From the human T2T-CHM13v2.0 reference genome, Homo sapiens: DNA of 64,000 nucleotides. The translations under genes were made by a program, and so were the position numbers. This document shows positions 11,601 to 21,829 of the stretch, in pieces. The notes beneath the pieces are model-generated. The model was not told the origin of the DNA. It made no database searches and worked only from the letters and a program-made list of their open reading frames with translations. Every line of letters begins with the position of its first letter. The first letter of the stretch is position 1. The stretch is taken from the NCBI RefSeq assembly GCF_009914755.1, contig NC_060935.1. One strand, 5' to 3'.

Positions 11601-14600
11601 GGATGCGGGGTCCCTGGGGGGCTCTGATCCACCTCGGTCCCCAGGAACCTCAGCTCAGCCTCTCAGGCCACTCGCCAGAAGATGCGGGAGTGCCACGGGC
11701 TGGTGGACGCCCTGGTCACCTCTATCAACCACGCCCTGGACGCGGGCAAATGCGAGGACAAGGTGAGGGGCGCGGTGTGGAGGAGGGGCCGTGCCCCCGG
11801 GCCGCCGCTCTGACCCGCGCCCCTGCCCCGCGCCCCCGCCCGCAGAGCGTGGAGAACGCGGTGTGCGTCCTGCGGAACCTGTCCTACCGCCTCTACGACG
11901 AGATGCCGCCGTCCGCGCTGCAGCGGCTGGAGGGTCGCGGCCGCAGGGACCTGGCGGGGGCGCCGCCGGGAGAGGTCGTGGGCTGCTTCACGCCGCAGAG
12001 CCGGCGGCTGCGCGAGGTGGGCACCAGCCTGAGCGGGGCGTGGGGTGGGTGCTGCGACCCCGGCCCCGCTGACCCCGGCCCCGCTCACCCCCGCCCCGCT
12101 CACCCCCGCCCCGCTCACCCCGCCCCGCTCACCCCGGACCCCGCTCACCCCCGCCCCGCTCACCCCCGACCCCGCTCACACCCGCCCCGCTCACCCCCGC
12201 CCCGCTCACCCCCGCCCCGCTCACCCCGGACCCCGCTCACCCCCGCCCCGCTCACCCCCGGCCCCGCTCACACCCGCCCCGCTCACCCCCGCCCCGCTCA
12301 CCCCGGACCCCGCTCACCCCGGACCCCGCTCACACCCGCCCCGCTCACACCCGGCCCCGCTCACCCCCGCCCCGCTCACCCCCGGCCCGCTCACACCCGG
12401 CCCCGCTCACACCCGGCCCCGCTCACACCCGCCCCGCTCACCCCCGGCCCCGCTCACACCTGCCCCGCTCACACCCGGCCCCGCTCACACCCGGCCCGCT
12501 CACACCCGCCCCGCTCACCCCCGGCCCCGCTCACACCCGGCCCCGTTCACACCCGCCCCGCTCACACCCGCCCCGCTCACCCCCGGCCCGCTCACACCCG
12601 CCCCGCTCACCCCCGGCCCGCTCACACCCGGCCCCGCTCACACCCGGCCCCGCTCACACCCGCCCCGCTCACCCCCGGCCCCGCTCACACCCGCCCCGCT
12701 CACACCCGGCCCCGCTCACACCCGGCCCGCTCACACCCGCCCCGCTCACACCCGCCCCGCTCACACCCGCCCCGCTCACCCCCGGCCCCGCTCACCCCCG
12801 GCCCCGTTCACACCCGCCCCGCTCACACCCGCCCCGCTCACCCCCGGCCCGCTCACCCCCGGCCCCGCTCACACCCGGCCCCGCTCACACCCGCCCCGCT
12901 CACACCCGGCCCCGCTCACACCCGGCCCCGCTCACACCCGGCCCCGCTCACACCCGCCCCGCTCACCCCCGCCCCGCTCACCCCCGGCCCCGCTCACCCC
13001 CGGCCCCGCTCACCCCCGACCCCGCTCACCCCCGACCCCGCTCACCCCCGCCCCGCTCACCCCCGCCCCGCTCACCCCCGACCCCCGGCCCCGCTCACCC
13101 CCGACCCCCGGCCCCGCTCACCCCCGGCTCCACTGACCCCGGCCCCGCTCACCCCGGACCCCGCTCACCCCCGACCCCCGGCCCCGCTCACCCCCGGCTC
13201 CACTGACCCCGGCCCCGCTCACCCCGGACCCCGCTCACCCCCGACCCCCGGCCCCGCTCACCCCCGGCTCCACTGACCCCGGCCCCGCTCACCCCGGACC
13301 CCGCTCACCCCCGACCCCCGGCCCCGCTCACCCCCGACCCCCGGCCCCGCTCACCCCCGGCTCCACTGACCCCGGCCCCGCTCACCCCGGACCCCGCTCA
13401 CCCCCGACCCCCGGCCCCGCTCACCCCCGGCTCCACTGACCCCGGCCCCGCTCACCCCGGACCCCGCTCACCCCCGACCCCCGGCCCCGCTCACCCCCGG
13501 CTCCACTGACCCCGGCCCCGCTCACCCCGACCCCGCTCACCCCAGACCCCCGGCCCCGCTCACCCCCGGCTCCACTGACCCCGGCCCCGCTCACCCCGGA
13601 CCCCGCTCACCCCCGACCCCCGGCCCCGCTCACCCCCGGCTCCACTGACCCCGGCCCCGCTCACCCCGGACCCCGCTCACCCCCGACCCCCGGCCCCGCT
13701 CACCCCCGACCCCCGGCCCCGCTCACCCCCGGCTCCACTGACCCCGGCCCCGCTCACCCCGGACCCCGCTCACCCCCGACCCCCGGCCCCGCTCACCCCC
13801 GGCTCCACTGACCCCGGCCCCGCTCACCCCGGACCCCGCTCACCCCCGACCCCCGGCCCCGCTCACCCCCGGCTCCACTGACCCCGGCCCCGCTCACCCC
13901 GACCCCGCTCACCCCCGACCCCCGGCCCCGCTCACCCCCGGCCCCGCTCACCCCGACCCCGCTCACCCCCGACCCCCGGCCCCGCTCACCCCCGACCCGC
14001 TCACCCCGACCCCGCTCACCCCCGACCCCCGGCCCCGCTCACCCCCGACCCGCTCACCCCGACCCCGCTCACCCCCGCCCCGCTCACCCCTGCCCCGCTC
14101 ACCCCGGGCCCCGCTCACCCCCGGCCCCGCTCACCCCGACCCCGCTCACCCCCGACCCCCGGCCCCGCTCACCCCCGGCCCCGCTCACCCCCGCCCCGCT
14201 CACCCCCGCCCCGCTCACCCCGGGACCCGCTCACCCCGACCCCGCTCACCCCGGACCCCGCTCACCCCCGCCCCGCTCACCCCGGACCCCGCTCACCCCC
14301 GACCCCCGGCCCCGCTCACCCCCGCCCCGCTCACCCCGGACCCCGCTCACCCCCGCCCCACTCACACCCGACCCGCTCACCCCGACCCGCTCACCCCGAC
14401 CCGCTCACCCCGACCCCGCCGACTCCTCCCCGCCCTGCGCAGCTGCCCCTCGCCGCCGATGCGCTCACCTTCGCGGAGGTGTCCAAGGACCCCAAGGGCC
14501 TCGAGTGGCTGTGGAGCCCCCAGATCGTGGGGCTGTACAACCGGCTGCTGCAGCGCTGCGAGCTCAACCGGCACACGACGGAGGCGGCCGCCGGGGCGCT

Positions 14601-15934
14601 GCAGAACATCACGGCAGGCGACCGCAGGGTGGGGCACCCAACCCAGACCCGAGGGGGTCCCAGGGGTTCATGCGGTTGAGGGGGGGACAGAGGAGGGAGA
14701 GGGAGGGGAGGAGGAAGGGGACGCCCAGGGTCCGCGGAGCCTCGGAGGTCAGCGTCCCGGTGGCGCAGGCCTTGGGCCTTGGGAGGATGGAAGTCCTGCC
14801 CTGGGTTTGAAGGGAGGCACCTCATCCGGGCTGCGGCTGATTCCCCCCGGCTGGGGGGCAAAGGCAGAAGCAGAGGCCCCCCTGAGGGTGGCGAGAGGAT
14901 GCAGCGACCCCATTGTGGCAGGACCCCCTCAGGTGAGGGTCTGAGGCCTCCGGGTCACGGCTCACACCCTCCCTCCCCACAGTGGGCGGGGGTGCTGAGC
15001 CGCCTGGCCCTGGAGCAGGAGCGTATTCTGAACCCCCTGCTAGACCGTGTCAGGACCGCCGACCACCACCAGCTGCGCTCACTGACTGGCCTCATCCGAA
15101 ACCTGTCTCGGAACGCTAGGAACAAGGACGAGATGTGTGAGTCGGGCAGCCCCTCGTCCCTGCCCTGCTGGACCCACATGTCAATTTTGTCTTTAAGTGT
15201 GGGCTTCAGACCACTGGGGCCAGTCCAGCTCCCTGGGGGAGGCAGGGGACCCCAGGTGCCCAGGTGGCCAGGAGTAGGGGTGCAGACTGACCCCCGGCCT
15301 CCCACAGCCACGAAGGTGGTGAGCCACCTGATCGAGAAGCTGCCGGGCAGCGTGGGTGAGAAGTCGCCCCCAGCCGAGGTGCTGGTCAACATCATAGCTG
15401 TGCTCAACAACCTGGTGGTGGCCAGCCCCATCGCTGCCCGAGACCTGCTGTATTTTGACGGACTCCGAAAGCTCATCTTCATCAAGAAGAAGCGGGACAG
15501 GTAGGGGCCGACCCAGCCGTGCAGCAGCCTGGTCAGGGGTCCTCCCAGTCCACCCTGCTTTCTGGCTGTGTGTCCCCTCCTGACTGCCCTCCACCCTCAG
15601 CCCCGACAGTGAGAAGTCCTCCCGGGCAGCATCCAGCCTCCTGGCCAACCTGTGGCAGTACAACAAGCTCCACCGTGACTTCCGGGCGGTACGTTTCCCG
15701 AGCCCAGGGCAAGCAGGGACCCGGGTGCAGGGCATGGGACGCCGGGGGAGGGTCAGTGAAGAGGCCCATGGGAGGATGGAGACCAGGGACCCAGAGAGGA
15801 AGGGTCCGGGCCACACCCAGCACACTGCAGGAGGGACAGCGGGCAGAGGGCCACATGGGCAGACATGCACCCTGACCTTGGGCCTCTCTCCACTGTAGAA
15901 GGGCTATCGGAAGGAGGACTTCCTGGGCCCATAG
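5604..15934 (+). CDS. PKP3: Plakophilin-3 (desmosomal armadillo protein), 797 aa; exons 5604-5835, 7919-7998, 8125-8756, 8850-8973, 10303-10507, 11278-11452, 11645-11762, 11846-12016, 14443-14628, 14983-15136, 15308-15500, 15601-15688, 15899-15934
   Basis: MQDGNFLLSALQPEAG start with Kozak GCCGCCATG; ARM repeats (SVENAVCVLRNLSY, EAAAGALQNITAG); ends KGYRKEDFLGP-TAG; exons sum to 2394 nt with GT-AG introns. Confidence 0.99.
9157..10190. repeat. VNTR in PKP3 intron 4, 29-bp unit (ACACACCTGCGTCACCTCCGTACCCCCGC), ~35 copies
   Basis: Tandem periodicity of 29; explains ORFs 9143-10336 and 9423-10328. Confidence 0.95.
10510..10925. repeat. C/T-rich degenerate repeat (CTCCACCTGCCCC-like) in PKP3 intron 5
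   Basis: Low-complexity pyrimidine tract. Confidence 0.85.
12055..14420. repeat. Large VNTR in PKP3 intron 8, 15-16 bp unit (CCCCGCTCACMCCCG) with a 70-bp higher-order block at ~13080-13900
   Basis: Direct inspection; CACTGAC marker recurs at 13131, 13201, 13271 and onward. Confidence 0.97.
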
Positions 15935-16249
15935 GTGAAGCCTTCTGGAGGAGAAGGTGACGTGGCCCAGCGTCCAAGGGACAGACTCAGCTCCAGGCTG
16001 CTTGGCAGCCCAGCCTGGAGGAGAAGGCTAATGACGGAGGGGCCCCTCGCTGGGGCCCCTGTGTGCATCTTTGAGGGTCCTGGGCCACCAGGAGGGGCAG
16101 GGTCTTATAGCTGGGGACTTGGCTTCCGCAGGGCAGGGGGTGGGGCAGGGCTCAAGGCTGCTCTGGTGTATGGGGTGGTGACCCAGTCACATTGGCAGAG
16201 GTGGGGGTTGGCTGTGGCCTGGCAGTATCTTGGGATAGCCAGCACTGGG

Positions 16250-16255
16250 AATAAA
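16250..16255 (+). terminator. PKP3: PKP3 polyadenylation signal AATAAA
   Basis: Canonical hexamer ~315 nt after the stop, followed by GT-rich sequence. Confidence 0.85.
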
Positions 16256-17096
16256 GATGGCCATGAACAGTCACTGCCCTGTGTCCTTCCATGGCTGGCC
16301 CGACCCTGTGGCTGGCAGCATGATCCTGGGACTCAAGGTGTCCCCAGGCACCCCCTGCCCCTGAGGACACCCACCCCCTGGGCTCACACACAAGCCTCCC
16401 AAGATCAGAGGACATAGGACATGGAGAGCCCAGCAGAGGGACAGCTGGCACCTCAGGGCCGAGAGGGGACAGGGTGGACAGCGGGTGCACCACAGGCACA
16501 GACGGAGCAGAGCTGGGGGCCTCGAGAGTAGAGGGGTGACTGGAGTAGGAACAGGGTGGCTGCCTCGTGGGCTACACTCATGCGGCAAATGAACCCAACT
16601 CCTCCGCCGCCCACCCTGGGCCTGGAGTTGCCTGGACCAGGGGCTCTCACACTGGCTGCCTGAGGTTTGGGGTCCAGTGGGCTCTCGGACACCCCCATCC
16701 ATCTCACCCAGAGCCAGGCCATTTAGTTGTGAAGTTACTGTGGATATTCTTAAAACAGAAAGTTTCTGTGAAGCTCAGAACTTGAGGTCTCTAAGGAGCC
16801 TGCCCCCATCCAGGATCTGCCTGCATGGGAAGGGTCTAGGAAGAGTCACGTCCCCAACCAGGGACCAGGCAAGGAGGCCCAAGGAGGCTACTGTAAGCAC
16901 GGGACACGCCTGAGCTGGCTTAGGAAGGGGGATGGAGAGAGGGCAGATTTGGTGATTTGGCGGGTGGGGATGAGAGAGGGAGGGGTGGGGATGAGAGAGG
17001 AGGGGTGGAAGGCTGAGAGAGCCGCAGAGGGAAGCCGAATCCGAAACCTTCCGCCGCAAGGGAGGAGACCGAGGCCCCAGCAGAATCCAAAAGGAC

Positions 17097-17102
17097 TTTA
17101 TT
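17097..17102 (-). terminator. SIGIRR: SIGIRR polyadenylation signal AATAAA
   Basis: TTTATT on + strand ~160 nt beyond the SIGIRR stop. Confidence 0.85.
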
Positions 17103-17260
17103 TTCTGGCACTGGGAGGCGCCCTGAGGCCACAGCCTTTTCCCAGGGCTGCTGGCAGGGTCCCAGGGCTGCTGGCAGGGGTTGTGGTCCTGTTGAGCAGA
17201 GGAGCGACGCCGCTGCCCTGGCCCCCGCTGTCCCTATGATCCTGCACTCTGGGGTGGGAG

Positions 17261-20200
17261 CTACATATCATCCTTGGACACCAGGCAGTAGAAGTCTGTG
17301 CGGGCACTGTAGTTTCGCGAGCCGAGATCCGAGACGTCCACTTCGCTGCTCCGGCTCTCTCCCAGCGAGACCCCACTGGTGTGCGGTGGAGCTGATGGCT
17401 CTCCAAAGACAGGCCCCCGGACACCTGGGGTGGGGAGACCGAGACGCCTGAGGTGGCCACCCACAGCCTTGGCCCAGACCCACTGCCAGGGGCTGCCCCT
17501 GCTCACCCCCTGCTGTGATGGCCTGTGAGGCCCAGGAAGTTCCCAGGCAGACCGAGGGCCGAGCACCTCCAGGGCAGAGGCCGTGCAGGGGCTCCCGGTG
17601 CCGGGAAGAGTCCTCAACACCTGGAGCCCCTCCAGGCCCTGTGCCCTGTGCCTGCCCCCACTCCGCCCTGTGCTGAGCTTCTCCAGTTGGGGAGTGGGGC
17701 TGGGCGGGCATACCCAGGTCGCCCTCAGGGTCCGGGTCCACCTCTGAGTCCAGGGCCCGGCCCTCAGGGACTCGGCCTCGAAGAATCAGCATGGGGTCCT
17801 TGTCGTCCTGCAGCTGCGTCTGGGGGTCTCCTTCCACAGGCCTGTACTGCACCTTCCGCGGCAGCGCCAGCTGCACTTCTTTCCAAAAATCGGAGGAAGG
17901 AGTCTGGGGGCCAGGTCGGGGCGGTTTGCAGGTGTGAACACCTCGGAAGCCCCTGGCGTCCTGGCCCCCAAGAGCACACCTGCGGCTGCCCACGGGTTCC
18001 ACGCCCTGCGACAGCTATTCCGTGGCTCCGGGGGCCTCAAGGGCGGCTCCCCGCATCGGGGCCCCAGGCAGCGGAACCTCCCCCCAGGGCCCATTCACAA
18101 AGCGTGGTGCCGCAGAGCTCCCCACGGAGGGGTCCCAGCCTGGAGCCCGGGCACCGCCCATCTCTAACCCGCCGCTAGCCCCGGACCCTCCCGCGCCTGC
18201 TCCGCACCACGGAGCCGGGCCTCCAGAGCAGCAAGGTCACCAGGTGGCGGTGCTGGCGCAGCAGGCGGAGCGCCGGGTGCGCGGGGTCGCGCCTCTGGCC
18301 CTCGAAGGTGATGAAGATGGGTCTGCGGGTGAGCTCCAGCAGCCGGCACAGGCCCTCCCTGCGGGGCGGGACCGTCAGGGGGGTGGGTGCTACGCTGGGG
18401 CCCACCCAACCCCGCGCGGGACCCACCGGAAGCTGTGGCTGCACCAGGCCCGGCTCAGGAAGGCGTCCGAAAGCACCACGATGAGGCGTCGGCAGCGGCT
18501 CAGGTTCACCAAGAGGTCGGCGGAGGGCTCTGCGGGAGGGCGGGCGTCGGCGGCGCAGGGGCGGGGGCGGGGGAGGGCGGGGCCGGAGGCTCAGGGGCGG
18601 TGCCGGACGCAGAGCTCTAAGGGAGGGGCGGGGCCTGCGGGGTGGGCGGGTTTTTGAGGCGGGGCCTCGGGTGGGCGGGGATGGGGGCGGAGCTCGATGG
18701 TGGGGGTGGGGCCCCGGGTGGGACGGAGCATGGGGCGGGGCGGGGCGGGCCCTCCGGGTGGGCGGGGCACGGGGTGGGGCCCGGGATACCAGCGCGCGGC
18801 AGGAGGTCGCGGTCGTCCAGGAAGAGCTTGTAGCCCCGACGCCGCTCCAGCTGCGGCTTTAGGATGAAGTTCACGAACTTGCGGTCCTCGGGGCAGTCGC
18901 TGTAGGAGACGTAGGCGTCGTAGAGCTTCCCGTCTGCGGACGGCGGCCAGTCACCCCGATGGCTCCCGAGGCCTCACACCAGCCCTCGGGGTCCCCAACA
19001 CCCCTAACCATCTCCCACGTGCACAGGGGCAGACCCGCCCCGGACTTTAACCCCAGCCGGGCCGCACAGAGCACCCGGGGGCTAACCCCTCCCCGCCGCA
19101 CGCCTCCAAAGCCGAGCTCAGCAGCGCACTCTCAGGGAGGCCGTGGCGACCCCTCCTCGCGCCCACGCGGGCCCCACGCACCGTTTATCTCCACCTCCCC
19201 ATACGCGTCCTGGTACCAGAGCAGCACGTTGAGACGGCACTTGACATAGAGCAGGGCGGCCAGCAGCAGGGCCAGCAGGACCAGGAGGGAGGCCAGCACC
19301 GCAGCCACGTGGCTTGTAGGGCCTGCGGATGGGTTGCCTGAGCCGCTGCCCCTCCAGCAGCCCCCAAGCCTCAAGATCCCTGGGCCTCACTAGGTCTAGG
19401 TCCCCTTCTACCCTCCACCTTGGGGAACCCCCATCACCAGCTCTCTGAAGAGTGAAGGAGGAGAAGCTGATGTTCTGGATGGAGCAGGTGAAGGCCCCAT
19501 AGACTTCAGTGCTGGTCACGTTGACCCCCAGGACACTGGACACAAGCACCTCTGACAGGTTGGCCTTGACCCTGGGGATACCAAGCCAGGGTCAGGGTCG
19601 ACTGGGGATACCAGTGGACACCCCCGAACCCCACCTGTCTGGGTTCACCCAGGGAGGCTGCAGAATTGGGCCTCCTGGGTGGTTCTTGGGCCTTAAGCCA
19701 AGAGAAGTGACCTGAACCTGGAGGGGATGCAGATTTGTTTCAGAACAGCCGTCCCAGTCCTGGGTCTGGGGCCTGGAGGTCCTTTGATCACAGACTTGGC
19801 CAGCTGGTCGGTGTTCATTCAGACCCTAGACTTTGCTGACACCCGTAGCCCTGGGCAGTTACGAGGTGTGTGCCTACAGGGGCCATGCAGACCCAAGGGT
19901 CTGTCCCTGACATTACTGACCCTCCGTCTGGGTCCACAGAGGCACTCTGCTCGTGACATGTCTGGCCAGGTGGTTACAGACCCAGGCATAGGTCAGGGAG
20001 ACCACTGCCCTTGGCATGTCTGAGAGGTCACTCTGACCCTGGATACCCGGGTCTCTTACCAGGAGTACTCGTGGAGGCTGTAGTGGCCCCCAATTCCCAA
20101 TGGAAGCCCGTCTTTCAGCCACTGGACTGAAGGCAGGGAGCAGTGGGGCCCAGAGACTACCCAAGCCGTGCAGTTCAGAGCCACTGAGCTGCCCAAGGCA

Positions 20201-21239
20201 GGCCTCAGCACCTGGTCTTCAGACGGGGAGAGGAAGTCAGGGGCCCTATCACAGACACCTGAAGAGAGAGGACACAGTGGGTCAGCTGTGCCAGGGTGCC
20301 TGGCCCCACCACCTCCACAGTGGTCCGTGGTGCAGGAAGAAATAAGGCCTCTGTGTGGCTTGGCAGTCACACCATGTCTGTCCACGAGTCCCATGGGGAC
20401 AGGCTTAGCACTTGGCACGTCTTTCCCCAGTAGTGGCCAGGCTTTGGGTGTTCCGCCCACCCTGTGCTGAGGGGACAGAGAGCAGTGGCCACAGTTGAGC
20501 TGCCCCAGGCCCACGCTCAAGCCCCATCTGGCTGCTTGTCCACCCAGGATGTGAGTCCAGCCCCCCATTTCCCAGATGCACCTGTTGCCCACCCCTGGTG
20601 ACACCATGATGCCTGTCTCATAGGAGGGGCCGGGCACTGCACCCCTCAGCCTGGCCTGCCTCTGCTGGGGAATCTGCAGAGAGTGTGGGCACCAGTGGGT
20701 TTGGGGACCCAGATGCCCAGTGTGCCAGCACCTTCCACCTGGATGGGCACAGCTGGGAGCCTGGAGCAGTTGGCCTCATTCCTGCCTTGGGGGTCTTGGG
20801 GCCCTCTGCTCCTGGCCACAGGCAAGCCCTCCCCACCACCTGAGGCCTGAACTTGTTCATCTTTACATCAGGGTGATGAGCCCTAGCGGGAGGTCAAACC
20901 ACCATCTTCTCAGTAGGGTATGGTCTCCTGCCAGCTCACATCGGCCACACCCTGCTGTGGGCCCCAGCAGTGCCCACTCCTAGCATTCCTGGGCTTTACT
21001 GACCCTCATGAGCCTGGTCTGGGGCAGGAGAGGGTGCAGGGCTCATCCTCACCACTCGCCCTGGTTTCAGGGCCAAGGGCCCAGTGGGAGGGGTGAGCAG
21101 GGGCCTTTGTACCCCCGGCATGTGGCCAGGCAGAGTGCCTGGGATAAGAGCAGGATGCACAATGTGGAGCCAGCCTGAGGGGCAGGAGGTGGGAGTGGGG
21201 AATTCAAGCCCATCCCTCTCTGACCTGCCTACCTGGCAT
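17261..21239 (-). CDS. SIGIRR: Single Ig and TIR domain containing (IL-1R8), 410 aa; coding exons 21239-21233, 20258-20060, 19571-19438, 19322-19182, 18933-18790, 18529-18427, 18358-18208, 17903-17714, 17424-17261
   Basis: [14 protein letters not shown] start, Ig domain, TM ([22 protein letters not shown]), TIR ([19 protein letters not shown]), ends [11 protein letters not shown]; 1233 nt with consistent phases. Confidence 0.99.
17950..19330. promoter_or_regulatory. Intragenic CpG island over SIGIRR TIR-domain exons, with G-run-rich small introns
   Basis: High CpG density; many GGGGCGGGG boxes at 18540-18780. Confidence 0.7.
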
Positions 21240-21829
21240 GGCTCTGAGCCGGGGCCTCCTCGGGGCAGGCTGGGCTCCAGGGTCACCCCTGGCTCCACCG
21301 GGCTCCTCGGCCAGCAGACTGATCCAAGAGCTGGGCAGGACTCCTCTCTGTCCTTGCAGTCAGCTGGACAGGGCACCTGGACAGGTCAGAGGCTGCCGCC
21401 ATCCCCAGGGAACAAGTTAAACAGGAACAGGATGAGTTAACCAGTAACTGCCGGCCACAGACAGCACTGGCCCTGACCAGATGCGACCCTGAGCAGCCGC
21501 ATGGATGCTGGCAGAGTTCTCGGAGGCCAGCAGGGTGTCTCTTTGAGCCCCTCACACGTGGCCAGAATGGGCACCACTTCACGCAGCCCAGGACCACGGG
21601 GAGGGGCCATCAAGTCCAGGATCACCTCCACCGGCCCTGGGGCCACCATGACGGCCCCAGGGTGCAGTGGACGAACACTAGGTGGGACCCTGTCTCCCGA
21701 CATGGCAGTTGGCCTCACTCCTGGCTGTCCCCTTCAACAGAGCTGCCACTGCAGGGGGTGCTGCAGTGCCAGAGACACAGCCTGGCCTTGGGGCAGGGGT
21801 GTGAGTGATGTAACCTACACCATGGGAGA

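Noticed and set aside
11285-13276. 663-aa ORF
   Set aside because: Mix of out-of-frame PKP3 exons, exon 8 and the intron 8 VNTR; not an independent gene
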